Source of the DNA: Geosiphon pyriformis uo1
Taxonomy: Eukaryota; Fungi; Glomeromycota
DNA: 64,000 bases
Assembly: GCA_016748015.1 (NCBI GenBank)
Contig: JAAOMT010000134.1
Coordinates: forward strand, 378,757-442,756
Reading direction: 5' to 3'
Positions 26,901 through 40,791 of the stretch are shown in pieces (the stretch's first letter is position 1; each line of letters starts with the position of its first letter). Made by a program: the position numbers and the translations under genes. Under the pieces are notes generated by a model. That model saw only the letters and a program-made list of their open reading frames with translations, was not told the DNA's origin and did no database searches.

Positions 26901-29900
26901 GCCAAGAAAATTTTATTCAAAAAAATTTTGAACAGGATTTTACAGACTATTTTAATCAAAACTATTAGTTTAGTGTTCATTAAAGTTCTTTTTTAATCAT
27001 ATTACTTTGGTATTATAGAAACCCAAGTCTTTTTCTATTATTTAAGAACAGCATCCAACACCAAACACCCATTCAAAATATTTAATAAACCACCTAAAAC
27101 TTGTTTATTACTATTTTTTTAAAGCTTATTTAGAATACCAGATAGACCAGCAGCTTTTTTATTAGGCAAATCTTTGATAATCTGCAAAAACTCATCAAAC
27201 TTAATTTTACACATAACATTTAAAAAAGTCTCATTATTAATATGGCTTAAAGAAGCATATTGATTAAGCCAATAATTAGACAAAATATTTGGTACTGCAT
27301 ACTTTCTTGTCTATTTTTTCATAATAGTATTAATTGAAAATTTGACTATTTGTGGCTTTAAAACCAGCTTGTTATTAACTACCAAATAATTAAAAACCAC
27401 TTTTCAAAATGGACAATCCAAGACATTTCTAATTTTTTTTTTATCAGAACAAAAATTTTCTATGCATTTGTTTATAAATTTTTTAATAAGATTATCCTTA
27501 GCAGTCTTAGATCTATAATATTTGAATTTGCAATACTTTTTTTTAATACTTAACAAATAATACAAGATTTCTCAGAACCAACACCAGTACTAATTATAGC
27601 ACAGACTTTAATAGTTTCTTCTTTATTAATAACAACCTAGACATTAATAAGACAATTAGTCCTTAAAGTTTGATTCAAATTGATACTTCTTATAAATTTG
27701 GCCACTAACAATTCTAGCTTAAAAAACTTTAAAAACTGTATATTCTTTGAACTGTCAAACTTAGAAAACCAAAGCCTAAAAAACACTTTATTAGCAAAGC
27801 TAATCACTATGTCTTTAAGAATTTTCTACATCAATTCCAAGTTATCACTACTTTTAATACCATTAAAATTCACTATCTTTTCCAAAAACAAACCCAAAAA
27901 ACACTTTTTGAAACATGACTATTTATTAACATTAGCATTTTTAATTTTAAATTTTCATCTATTTCTATTAGCCTGTTTGCACATGTTGTTAAGTGAATGT
28001 TTAAAAGACCACCCAAACCAATTGCAATTAAAACCACTTTGTGATTAATGTTAAAAAACTCAGATGCAGAATTAATTCTATAACCAGCAATAATGGATGC
28101 CAAATTCTGGTTCACAAAAATAAAATTGATGACTTTTTTAACACCTTTGGAATTGTCCTAAGTAGAAGTCTTGACTAAAAAATGTCTATGAAATGAGTTA
28201 ATTAATCTTAAATCTACACAAAACTTGAAATTTGTACTCTTCTTTGTATTATCCTTATTGAAATCTCTATCTAATACTATGAAAGTATTGGAGTTGACTG
28301 CCTTGGCAATCAAAGAATTGATAACCAATATTTGACCAAATTTTGCTTTGGCAAAAGCATCAGCATACAAATCTAAAATTATGACTAACAATTTCCCTTT
28401 AAATAAAAGTTTAACTAAAATAATTTTATCAAGAATCTTTTTTATCTTAGACACATGCTGAGCCAGAGAATTGTTTACAATAATAGCCACTCCAGCACCA
28501 AGAAAACTTTTATTCAAACCAGATATAAAGATCCTGATCTCATTAAATTTGTTCATAATTTATGGTCTAATACTAGATCTTAATTTTGTTTCAATAATAA
28601 TTGATACCATATTACCTAAATTTACATGTCAACATACAACATCTTCTTGCTTGGCTAGAACATTGATGCCACAAACATTGTATATAGCAATCTTCTAAAC
28701 TAAATCACTTATAAAGACAAAAAATATACCAAAAAACTTAAGCCAGCATATAAATAATCTAACTTTACCAAAACAAAACTAATGAAAGCCTCAAAAGCCA
28801 CCAATTTTGATTTCTAACTGCTTACTTTAGTGGTCAGAATCTTCAAATTATTCAAACTTAAGGCAGAAATTGATTCTATTATAGCCAAAAAAAGAGTTGT
28901 AAGGAGCCCATGCAAAGCATTTAAAACCATATTTAAGTTCAAATTTAAACCCAAAGACACAATCACAGTAGGAGAAGAAAGTCGAAAAACAGGTGCCAAG
29001 AGCACCAGATTAATCATGTTTAGCTTTCTCACAATACCCAATACTTGATCAGCCAAAAACTTTAGGGACTACTCTAAAAATGCCAAATAATTATTAATTG
29101 ATGAACCATTTTGAACAACCAGTATATGATCTTTATTATTTGAAACACCAGAAAAAAAAAACCAGAACCAAAACTGAAACAAGAACTACTAAAAAAAAAA
29201 AAAAACAAGTAAGACCACTTGCATTCAAAATTTGTCACTAAAGACAAAAAAACAAAAAATTAGAACACTTTTTTTTGTATACAACTTGGCAAGCTAAAAA
29301 TGGTTTTTCTCTAAAATAAATTTTTTATAAGGTTTTAAAAGAAACAGAACTAATGTATTTAATATATTATATTCAAGAGCAAAATATCCAAAACACCTAT
29401 ACTTTCCACAATAAACCAAATTAAAGCTAGCCCAAGAAAATTTAATCTCCACAAGAATTGGCTTCATGCAAAAAGCAGATTCAAGTTTTTTTTCAGATTC
29501 AAAGCTAATTACAGCACAGCAAACTCTATTACCAAATTCAATTAAATAATTGATGATGCAAGTTCTTTTACCAGTCTTCTCCAACAAAGTGCTCAAATAA
29601 TGAGCTGTTGTTTTCACTGACAAAGTAAACAAAAGTGCTCTAAACTAATCTTTTGATGTTCAGATATCATAATCTCCCACAGCTTTGGCTATATACACAG
29701 AATCTTTTTTAATTAAGAATAACTATCTTGTGGCCAACAAATTAGCCTAATTCAATTTAACAAATTCCATCACAGCTTTTTGTTACAGCCCAATTAATTG
29801 TAAACAAATTAACTTAATTTTTCCAAACTCAATTATTGTAGTGATAATCATTTTTTTTGGCATATTCATGAGAATTTTTTTGATAATTACAGTCTGATTT

Positions 29901-30668
29901 GACCTGATTTTTTGTCTTTTAAGATTGTTATTTACTTTAATACCTTTATTTTTAGCCAATAACACAGCTTTATTTATGCTCTCTTCTAAAGTAAATGTTA
30001 ACCAGATAATCTTTTTAAATTTTGAAAAAGTAGTGGTCTCTCCAAAACCATTGACAGTTGAAAATAATTTCCTAATTAATTGAGACTTTGCAGTTACTGA
30101 CTTGTTTTTCATAGCTAAAAGATTAATATTCAATACAAAGAATTTTTTAACTGCCACTTCAATCTGATTTTTAACTATTTTTGAATTAATTCATCTTTTG
30201 TTAAGAAAAATAGATAAGCAGAAAAAGAGAGAGATTTCATCTTTATTATCTATATCAAAAACTAGAAAACCAATAGGAGAACCAATTACAGTGTCAATAT
30301 TGACTTTTTTTATTTTAGGTATATTTATCTTAGAATTTGACTAGGTCTCACTCTTACTACTAGCATTATCATTAATATTTATGTTAACAAATTAGCCAGC
30401 AATTTTTTTTGAACTTTCAAAACTCAAATCCACTTTATTACCAAAATGCTTAATATTCTCAAGTAACAACTTCTGCTTTTGAGCCAAGCTTCTACTAATA
30501 GAACCTAAAACTAAAACTCTGGCTACTTTTTTTCTGGCATCAAAACTACTTATAATGACAGTCAATTCAACAAAATAGTAAAAATTGCAATAATAAAAAC
30601 AGAAAAACTTCTTTCAAAATTTTAAACTCTTTTTTGGGAATTTGGAACAAAGGAGAGAAAGAAGTTTT
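23950..30668 (-). mobile_element. LINE B, near full length (ORF1; ORF2 with APE, RT, RNase H, C-terminal Zn finger), degenerate
   Basis: ORF1 pieces 29783-30157, 29294-29632, 28814-29056. APE 28158-28712. RT 26036-27300 (AGVFVNNTIW = decayed FVDD). RNase H 25054-25497. Same family as LINE A. 3' boundary approximate. Confidence 0.9.
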
Positions 30669-31800
30669 ATTTAATATATATTAAATATAATTTATATAAT
30701 AAATTATGTGTATTTAATTACGTAGAATTATTTAAATTTATGGATTTTTTTAAATATTTAATCCAAATTAATAATAATTCAAATTATCTGTTTTTTTAAA
30801 AAAAAAGATTTTTATATTAAATTTAAATACAATAAAATAATATTGTAATTGTTTTATAAAATTAAAATAAAATATTTAAAATTTATTATAAAATTTATAA
30901 TTTTTGAATTAAATTATAATTCTTTAAAATATTGATTATTAAAACAAAAAAATATATAAAATACTTGGTAATATTTGACAAAATTATTTTTTTCTTGTTA
31001 ATATATTGTAAAATTTAAAAATATTTATAACAATCAATAAAAATAAAAAACAATAAAAACAATAAAAACAATAACAATAACAATAACAATAATAAAAAGA
31101 TTAAAATTAGATTAAATTTTAGCCAAAAAAAATATTTTTACAATATTTTGCTTAATTTTTTATTATTAAAAATTATTATAAGTAATTATTTTTTTAGTTA
31201 TTTTTTAAAACACTCAAAAAAAGTATATATATATATATTTTTAAACAATTAATAAATAAAAAAATTTGGTTAAATTATTAAGTTAATTAATAATTTGTAA
31301 ATAATTTATTAAAAATCAAGTTAAATAACCAAATTAATAATCAAATTAATAATCAAATTAACAATTTAATTATTAATTAACCAATAATTAATTTTAAGAA
31401 CTATTATAATATATAACTAAATTAATATTATTAAATAATATAAAAATAATAAATAATAAATTAAAATATAAAAAATAGTTTAATATTAAAATAATAAATA
31501 CTTAATAATTAATATTATAAATTTTAATTAATAAAAAGTTAATAATTTGAGAATATTGAATCATTAATCAAATTAATACATAAATATTAAAATATGCAAC
31601 ATTATTAATACAACTTTTTTAATTTATAAAGTTTTTATTTTTTGTAATTGTTAAATTTTTTTTCAAAAATTATTGTATATGTTTAAATTAAGTTACTCAA
31701 ATTAATATTTTAAGTGTTTTACATTGAATTTTTTCATAACTTTTGGTGTAATTTTCCTAAAGAAAAATTATATCAATTTTTATAAAGCTTTCATTACGAT
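30669..31800. other. Extremely AT-rich tract with (AACAAT)n-type repeats
   Basis: Nearly devoid of G/C; AAAAACAAT/AACAAT units ~31040-31095. Confidence 0.6.
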
Positions 31801-31904
31801 GAAAACGTATTTCTTTTTTCTTTAAAATCTTTTTAGTAACAGCTTGTATGGTAAAAATGCTTTCATGTTCCATTGTTAATCATACTGTCAATATGGATGG
31901 CACT

Positions 31905-32299
31905 TTCTGCAGCTTTAAGACCTGAATCAAGCTTTGATGGACCTTTCCTGCCACAAAAATCAAGTATTTTTGAATCTTGGGAATGCATTAAAGACGTTTT
32001 GACAAATATCACACTTGAAACAGTCTGTAAAAAGTGGTGCGGAATTTTCTAGGCCCACACCCACCCGTATAATATCTCTGTTAGGCTCGCTCAAAAAAAG
32101 CCATAATATCAGAGTATCACTCCCAGATGATTATGGGATTTTTGTAATCCCCTCACATACATCTTTATGGGAGCGACTAGTTTGGCTCTTAACAAAAGAA
32201 AGCATTGTCTGCTCGAGGCTTGCCTGCTTATCTATGCTTTCTCTCATTAGGAATGTGATCACACAGACAGACACCAATTTTCTGGATGATACTGCAGAA
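31905..32299 (-). ncRNA. Candidate structured RNA element (MTR4 3' UTR or independent ncRNA), family unidentified
   Basis: At least five 8-12 bp stems that pair fully only on the minus strand through G-U wobbles; see findings. Confidence 0.5.
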
Positions 32300-32356
32300 T
32301 TTAACCTCTTTTGAGCTAAAACGACTATTATAAATCCCTCGTGAATACGTACCAAA

Positions 32357-35300
32357 TCAAAGGTATAGAGAGGCTGCGAATACTATGTCACGCCTAATTT
32401 TCTCCATCGCTTTAGTTATAGATGGAGGAAATAAAAAGACATGCTTGAATATATCTAAATGATTTGCTCCCGGAAACATAGATTAAAAAACACGATAACT
32501 AACCTTCAGAAAATTTATTCTCTAATTCTATATTACCAATGGTTTTTGTTGCTGAGACCATTGTCCGAAGAACTTCATCTAAAGTCCTAAAATTTCTAAT
32601 GATATTGCCTTCGTACATGCTGGTGTATTTGCAAATTTCCGAGAATTTGGCCCCCTAAAGGTTTCAAGTTAAAATATTACCTCGAGAGCAGTGAAAGAAA
32701 AATCGTATAAAAACGTCTTACTTTACACCATGCGTACACAATTTCCATCATATCAGGATGAAATTTTTGAACATATTCTTTTTCATCTACAACCAACTTG
32801 CATTCCAGGCTGATCGCGGCAATCCGTCGCGCTGTTTCTTTAAGTTGCTGAAATGGTTTTCTAAATTCTTCTTGTAATGTCTCACCTGTTTCCTCTCCTT
32901 CAATTTGAAGAAAACAACTCATGAGAGCAGCGGTAGTTTCAACAGAGAGATCATTAAAGACACCATTCATTAGCATTTCCGTAAGTTCTAATTCGTGACC
33001 ACAATTAATTTCACAGGCGACGCGACCTTTCACATCTACAACATCATTGGCAGTGATGTATCCTAATCGCCGTAGAACTCGTTTACGACACCTAAGCTCC
33101 TCAAGCTGCATAATAGAATGTGCGGATTGTATTTTTTTCTTGAGTGCCTTGATTTTGGCTTGGACGGCCACCTTTCTCGTATACATTTCATATAAATCCG
33201 GGAGTCGTGGTGAATTGTGAAGAGAATTTAGAAGAAGTTTTGATTCAAGAATCTCAATTTTCTAAGATTTTAAACGGGTACGTTAATATAAATCAATTTT
33301 TGTTTTGACAATCAATGAGCCTTGATTGATTGATGAAGCTCACCCTCAAGAGCTTTTTAAAGCCTTCATCCGTGATGCCCATATCAGTTACAGGATCCAA
33401 CAAAGGAAGCCCATTATTAAATCTTTGAAATACTTCCTGCATGCTTTTATAAACTGCCTCTCTTTGGTCCAGAGGTTTCAAATCTTTTGGAGGGAAAATA
33501 CGGATTTCGCTAATGCCATCAACACATGTTAGATCGACGGGAACAACCTGATGCAAAATTTTTATTATTCAAGGCCTTTCATTTGAATGGCAAAATATAG
33601 ACGCATCAGCTCAAGATATCTACCATCATTTCTCCCTTTTGATTCTCAAGACATGGGCGTACTCCAGTCGTGCTTCCATCGGCATTCTTGGCAACAGCTG
33701 ACTTGGGGTCACAATGTAACAAAACATCAACGATATATTGTATCCTATTTGTTGGTTTTGATACCGAAAAATTGTTTCCAGAATGATCTTGTTCTTGCTG
33801 TAACGTAGTGAATTCGATAAGCTTCATGTAGAAATGAAGCATAATTCATTAGTCACAAAAAGCTACCTTCTTTTTCTCAGCGGTGACTACCATTCCCCAT
33901 CCAAAATCCATGTTGTCATGCTTCACCCTAATCAATCTTCCTGGTTGTAGGAAAGGTAGAGAAAATTGAGGTTGATTTATCACATCTCGCATATCTTTGG
34001 TGTACATTTCGAGCTGATCACGTAGCTCATAATAATCCGCAATCACTTCTTCTTCGGGTATTTCGATGGAGACCTTTTCTTCTTCTGCTCTTTGAATTTC
34101 TGAAATAAAAAAATAAAAGTTGGTTATTGATTTTGAATCAAAGGCGTTGCATAGATTTTAATTTTATCTTTCACCTTCTTCCAGGGCAGGTAAGCTGGCA
34201 GTGTTTTGGAATTGATAAAAACTACGTTGAAGAATATATTCCGGACTAAGACCTTCCACTCTTGTCATGTTCAAAATCATGTTGTAGCCGAGGTGAAAGG
34301 CTGATGCTAGCTGATCAGCATCGCCCTATGTTTTTCATTCGATTTAATCAAGAATATAACAATGAAACGACGTTGAACAATATTTTATACTCTGAACATA
34401 CTTTTATCATATTCTTAACCACAGGTGGATCCATCCTTTCTGTCACTATCATAAAAACAATGCCTCTTTCGTCAAGCCCTCTACGTCCTGCTCGACCGGA
34501 CATTTGAATGTATTCTCCCGAGGATATCTGAGATAAAGAATGCGTTAAATTTTCCAGGTTTTAATTAAATTCATTCTACGAAAACAAAACTTTACACTCA
34601 CATATCGAGTAGTTTGTCCATCAAATTTTTTCAAGTTCGAGAAAACAACCGTCTTCGCGGGCATGTTTAATCCCATAGCAAAAGTCTCGGTCGCAAATAA
34701 AACTTTGATCAAACCTTCCTGGAACAATATCTCGGTTACTTCCTTTAAAAAAGGCAATAGACCCGAATGATGAATACCAATCCCTCGTTTCAAAAGGGGT
34801 AATATAGCATCGATCTGAGGCAGATTACGGTCATCATCTGAGAGAGAGCTAATAGCGTTGTGGAAAACTTGGGACACCATGTCTCTTTCATTATCTATTC
34901 CATAAAAATAATTTTCAGCAATGAACAAAGAATGATAAATTTCTAAAGCTGGATTTCTTGGATAAAAATGGTATCATTAAACTTGCCATCATTAAAATCA
35001 AAGGTAACGTCTTGTGCAAAAGCTTCGCAATCTTTTTTTCCAAAAGAGAATACAATCACAGGATTATAATTTCTCTGCATGATCATCTTTACGATTTTAT
35101 ACATATCAGAAGGTCCTGTTAAGAGAAAGAGGAAGAGGGATGTTTTAATGAAACACAACAATCAAGAGGTTTGATAAGAAATAATTTTTTTTTTGACTCT
35201 ATACCCTTTGGTTGTTCAATTCGACCTCTTTTAGTTTTTTTTCCTTTACTTCCCGCCGGATAATCCCCATCCCAGTCTTTTTTCAATGCAGAAATTGACT

Positions 35301-36659
35301 GTTGAAAGATGTCTTCACGAAATACACCTTTCTCGTCAACAACCATGTAAATCCCGTCAGTCCCTGACGGAAATACATAATGCTGTAAAGGTGTGGGGCG
35401 GAAATCGGTATACACGACATGGCAAGGCTAATAATATTGACGTGAATAAATTAAATAAGATGGGAGAAATAAAAAAAATAAATAAGATAAACTAAAATTT
35501 TTTACCTGTTCATGTATTTTGCATATCCATTCGGCGAATTCCATCGCGTTCGGAATAGTTGCCGATAAAAATACGTAATGAACTTGGTGAGGTAATAAGA
35601 TGATTGTTTCTTCCCATACAACCCCACGAGCTACCATCATTAATTAATGTTAAGAGTTAATAATTTGAATTTTCGACGACAAAAATTTGTGAAAAATTCC
35701 CAAAAATTACTTACTCTTGTCACGCATATAATGAATTTCATCAAAGACAACCCAAGCCACTTCACGCATAACTTCACTACCACGGTAAAGCATACTACGT
35801 AGAATCTACAGAAAATTGAGGGATCTTGAATTTACATAATATATTTCACCGCATATTTTGTAAAATACTAACCTCGGTTGTCATGACTAGGCAACTTGCT
35901 GTGGGGTTGATGGTTACATCTCCAGTCATCAATCCCACATCCCCAAATTCCTCTTGTAGTTCTCTATACTTTTGATTGCTCAGAGCCTATATTTAATGAG
36001 AATGAAAATTAGTTTTTCATGTAAATTTATGGATAGAAACTCGGGGATCAAAATTTTATAAAGGAAAATACTTTAATAGGACTGGTATAAATGACTCTTT
36101 GCTTATTTCTTAACCCTTGAGCAATAGCATATTCAGCGACAACTGTTTTCCCAGCTGAAGTGTGAGCACTAACCAATACAGACTCTGATCTTTCAATACA
36201 TTGAATAGAAACTTTTTGAAACGGATCTAATGTGAAAGGATATGTACGCGGCGGATCCGGTGGCGATACATGCTCGGATAGAGGAATGTATGGATAAGTA
36301 GGGGGAAGTGCTACTTGATGACGGACCTTTTAAAAGAAAAAAAAAATCTAGAGGCCTTGTTTGTTATTAGAAAATTATTCAAGTTGTGAAAATCTGACCT
36401 GGTGAGTTAACAGAACACTTTTATCTTCAGTGGGAAGATCAGAGGCCAAATTGATAGAGGCAGGAACTTCTCTAACAGCTTTTGTTTCGAAAACATCAGT
36501 CACAACCGGCAGTGGGGTCACGGTATATATCTTGGCCTTTTTTGTTTGTGATTCACGATCATCAATAGGATCAAGGTCGATGATTTCCTTGTTGAACCCA
36601 ACACCCAACCCTCTCTTTTTTGATCCAGAAGACGAATTAATACCGTCCCCTCTATACAT
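32357..36659 (-). CDS. MTR4: Ski2-like DExH RNA helicase Mtr4/Dob1 (TRAMP/exosome cofactor), multi-exon
   Basis: [87 protein letters not shown], arch/KOW region, C-terminal [13 protein letters not shown]-stop (TGA at 32357-32359). Confidence 0.96.
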
Positions 36660-36825
36660 TTTGACTTTTTATGTGGGAACACTCAAACAACTCGTTTTTT
36701 GATCTTTTTTTCTTTTGATAGTCACCAAATTGAAAATTTCATTTATCACGTGATTATGAGAAATTTATTTTAATGATATTAAATCATTTAATCAAGTTAA
36801 CGTATTATTATAATTTTTGATTGTA

Positions 36826-36948
<123 letters not shown>

Positions 36949-37268
36949 TAACAAAAATAGTTAAGAAATAAGGAATTTATTTTTTTCTTAATAATTATAA
37001 TATAAATATATATATTTACATAATTAAAAAAAATAATACAAAATTATATTGTTGATTATATACAATAAATCAAGATATTATATTATTATTATTATTTATG
37101 TTTTTGTTATTTACAAAAAAAATCAAATGTAATATATATATATTTTTAAATTGTTATAATAAAATAAGATTCTTTCTTAACATATTTTATATAATATATA
37201 AAAATTCATATTTTTTTTACAAAAAAAACAACAAATTTAAAAAACAATATAATAAATAAACATGTTTA

Positions 37269-37308
<40 letters not shown>

Positions 37309-37449
37309 GTAATAATAATAATAATAATTTTTTATTGACAAAAAATAATTAAAAAATAAGAATTTTATTTTTTTCTTAATAATTATAAATATAGATAATT
37401 AAAAAAATAATACAAAATTATATTATTGATTATATACAATAAATCAAGA

Positions 37450-37484
<35 letters not shown>

Positions 37485-37647
37485 TATGTTTTTGTTATTT
37501 ACAAAAAAAAATTAAATGTGATATAACAAAGTAAGATTTTTTCTTAACATGTTTTATATAATATATAAAAATTCATATTTTTTTTACAAAAAAAACAACA
37601 AACAATATGATAAATAAACAAGTTTTAATAATAATAATAATAATAAT
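36949..37647. repeat. Imperfect tandem duplication of a ~380-bp AT-rich unit bounded by (AAT)n tracts
   Basis: ACAAAAATAGTTAAGAAATAAGG...TACAATAAATCAAGATATT...AATTCATATTTTTTTTACAAAAAAAACAACAAA occurs at ~36950 and again at ~37338. Confidence 0.85.
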
Positions 37648-37709
37648 CAAAACATGTATTTTAAAACAAATAAAAAATTAGTATTTAGTTAGTTACACAT
37701 TAAGTCATA

Positions 37710-37744
<35 letters not shown>

Positions 37745-38169
37745 ATCAATAAATAGCTTTTAACCGAATTATTCAATATATGAGATAACTTTTAATAACA
37801 CTATAATACCTTTTTTATTTTTGTTCTTTATTTTATTTTTTTTGAAAAAAAAATTTAAAGTTATTATTATTTATTATTTGTTTTATTAAATTATTTACAA
37901 GAGATTATACAAATAAAAAAAAGTTCACGAATTAACTTATATTGGATATAGAATTTCTGGAATTAGATTAGAGCGTTGAAAAAAATTAATGTTAATTCTC
38001 ACTATATTTTTTTTACTCATACATTTTATTGTCATTATGATACATTTTACGTTACTCACATATTAAAAGGTTTGAAAATTAGCCTGTCTCGGGAAAATCT
38101 ACTATCCGAATTTAGTCTTAAAAGAGAATATTTGAATTGATGATTTGGATTTTTAATTATTGCTTACAA

Positions 38170-38220
<51 letters not shown>

Positions 38221-40697
38221 TAATGATGATAATTAAATTACAGATTTCACATTGTTATCGTTGATCATCAAGAGAATTTAGGTCGATATTTTGCTTAAAA
38301 ATCTTTAAAGAATGAGAATTAGGAAAAGATGTTTCCCTAAATATACGTATAACTTTTTACCTCCTAACATGGGAAAACCTTTGAAAGCTAAGTTTAATAT
38401 TAATTTTTTTAATTCTGAATTAAAATAGTTTCAAATTAGACATAAGCCACAAAACGTTTAACCTTTTATCATTCATTTAATTTATTCGTTCGTTTGGAAA
38501 ATAGATAGATAGATATATTTTAAATTATAAGAAAACATGAAACAAAAAAAATATTTACCAGATTTGAGGAACAAGTTAAACTTCAAAACGTAAGCAAACG
38601 CAAAAAAGTACAAGCGAAGTATAAGCAACAATGGAATAATTAAAATGCGGTATTATGCGGTACAATTTTCTTTTTCGAAAATAATTTATTGCCAGTGAGC
38701 CTCGTGATAATGCTGAAAATGTATCATCATCATCAATGATTTTATGAAATTTTTTAAACTTAATTGTTTGTCAATGTTTCACACGATTATTATGATTAAT
38801 CAGTAATACACTATTAATATTATGAGAAACGCGTCACGACATTCCAATATTACAATTTTTCCATTCATCATTCCCCCCCCCCCCCATTCCCATTGATAAG
38901 ACTACATAAGGCTCAATGAAATTTTTATTTAAATTTCCCCATCAAATATCTATCAATACATGACCGAAAATTGAAAATTGAAAATTTCACAGTTACATTA
39001 CCTTTTGTTGAGCTCACAGATTTCTTAAAACAAAAATTCAACATTTATTATTTACGTTAAAAATTTGTTTTAAAAAAAGAAAATTTCTTTCACCTTTTAA
39101 ACATGGTGTTCACGGTGTAATACAAAATGTAAAAAAAAAATTTTTATGCAGGGGAAGGTAACAGCCTGTGAGGAACGCTAGGCACATTAAAGAATCGTTG
39201 AAAAATTTTACATTGTTGGATTTCTCCGAGATCACTCTTGCTTGGTGTAAAACCGCTCGCTGTTGTTGTTGTTGTTGTTGTTATTGTTATTGCATCAAGT
39301 TGCTTGATTGTTGGAATTGAAAAAAAAAATTTGTAAAAAAAAATGATGAATTGAAAAAATAAAAAAAATTTAATTAATTATACTTCATTCAAATTATCTC
39401 GGGTGAAAAAAAAAGCCCCAATTCTTAATCATTGAAAATTTCCCCCAAGAAAAAATTTTAAAGTTTAGGATTGTCTTCCGTTTATCAATTATTTGCAGTA
39501 TCAATATCGCAAAAATATTATGATCACGGTAGAAACTGTATTTTATATATATATGAAAATCATGGAATCTATGATCCTAACATTCTTTTAATCTATTGCG
39601 AAATTTAGAAAATGTTCTTCAAGTTTCTTCGAATCTTTCTTTACCATATTACGACGACATGGGGTGACGCTGTTAAAATTAGCAACTCATTTCCCCAGAT
39701 CATCTACATATCCGGCTCTGCTTACGAAATAAGAATACTGCACTTGATAGTCGGAGAACGAAAGTTTAGAACTTTTTTATGCTATTGATCGCAAGCCTAA
39801 CCCGCCAATTTCTATTTTTGAAATTACCATCGTTAATCTCCTAAACCCGATAAAGCATCTTATTTAAGCGTCTCTAAATCTGTTCCAAAAAAAAAAATTC
39901 AGTCACTTCACGCTAATCCTATTTTGGTTTAGTATTAAATAATGGTTTTCTTGCTCTGATACACTTTTTGTTGTTTAGTGGATCGTTTTGATTTCCATTC
40001 TCAGAAACTTTGTATTCTTGGGAAATTGTAAACAGGTTTTCTTTGCAGCATTGTTGTAAATTTTATTTTCTTGGAAAGTAAACGTGCTCACGATATCTTT
40101 TCCGTTTGTATTTTTTTTTGTATTTTTTTTTTTTTTCACTCAAACTATGAAAGGAATAATCTTTCATGGTCAGCAGAGAGATCACGACATTATCGTCGTT
40201 TTTGCCTTTCATTACTTTTTGCCTGTTACAGCATTATAAATTTCCCACTTATTTGAATTTATCTACTTCTCTCTTTCCCCACGTCCACGCTTTCCCCAAC
40301 TCATTGGACTAATAATAACAATAACAATAATAATTATAATACTGGGTTGGCTAATTTCGTGTGATTCATTCACCATTTGATCCTGGGAAGCTTTCATACC
40401 ATCATAAATATTTATCTCATAAAAGTAGACAATGAATATTATATCTTGTTTGTTGTTTAACATAATTCCTGTGAAAACCAATCGACAAATCACCCTGTAG
40501 GGATAAGTTAAGGCTACACTATATTGAAGTTAAATCATCTCTGAAATTTTTAAGGGTAACTTAACATGAACGTTTCGGGCAAACTTAAGGCTTTTAAAAA
40601 AAGTTTGAGCAGAGCCTGATGCGTGGGAAATAGTTGCTGCATCCCAGAACGGAATCTATTTCTGTCATCAGCCCTGGGCCCAGAACAGTAAGTTCAA

Positions 40698-40731
40698 TGG
40701 GTGGTGGGTAGGGTAGATGGGTGGATGAGTG

Positions 40732-40762
<31 letters not shown>

Positions 40763-40791
40763 GGATGGATGGATGGATGGATGGATGGATG
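40698..40791. repeat. Compound tetranucleotide microsatellite GGGT/GGAT/AGAT
   Basis: Visible directly. Confidence 0.9.

Noticed and set aside
32230-32260. ACAUUCCUA resembling the snR30/U17 m1 motif, and AUGA resembling a SECIS core
   Set aside because: No AAACCAU m2 or terminal ACA at the expected place, no 3' GA quartet partner, and MTR4 ends at its conserved C-terminus.
32015-32355. Short ORFs on both strands downstream of MTR4
   Set aside because: Non-ATG starts and no recognisable motifs; the region is better explained by RNA structure.
36060-36071. MTR4 intron donor GTATTTTCCTT as a U12-type intron
   Set aside because: Does not match GTATCCTT, and the intron has a U2-type ACTAAT branch point.
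39796-39803. CCTAACCC as a possible telomerase RNA template
   Set aside because: An 8-mer is expected by chance; no supporting pseudoknot or other TR element recognised.
40610-40676. Three-stem fold starting CUGAUG that resembles a hammerhead ribozyme
   Set aside because: The core is CUGAUGC (not CUGANGA) and GAAC (not GAAAC), and stem I is offset by four extra bases; probably chance.
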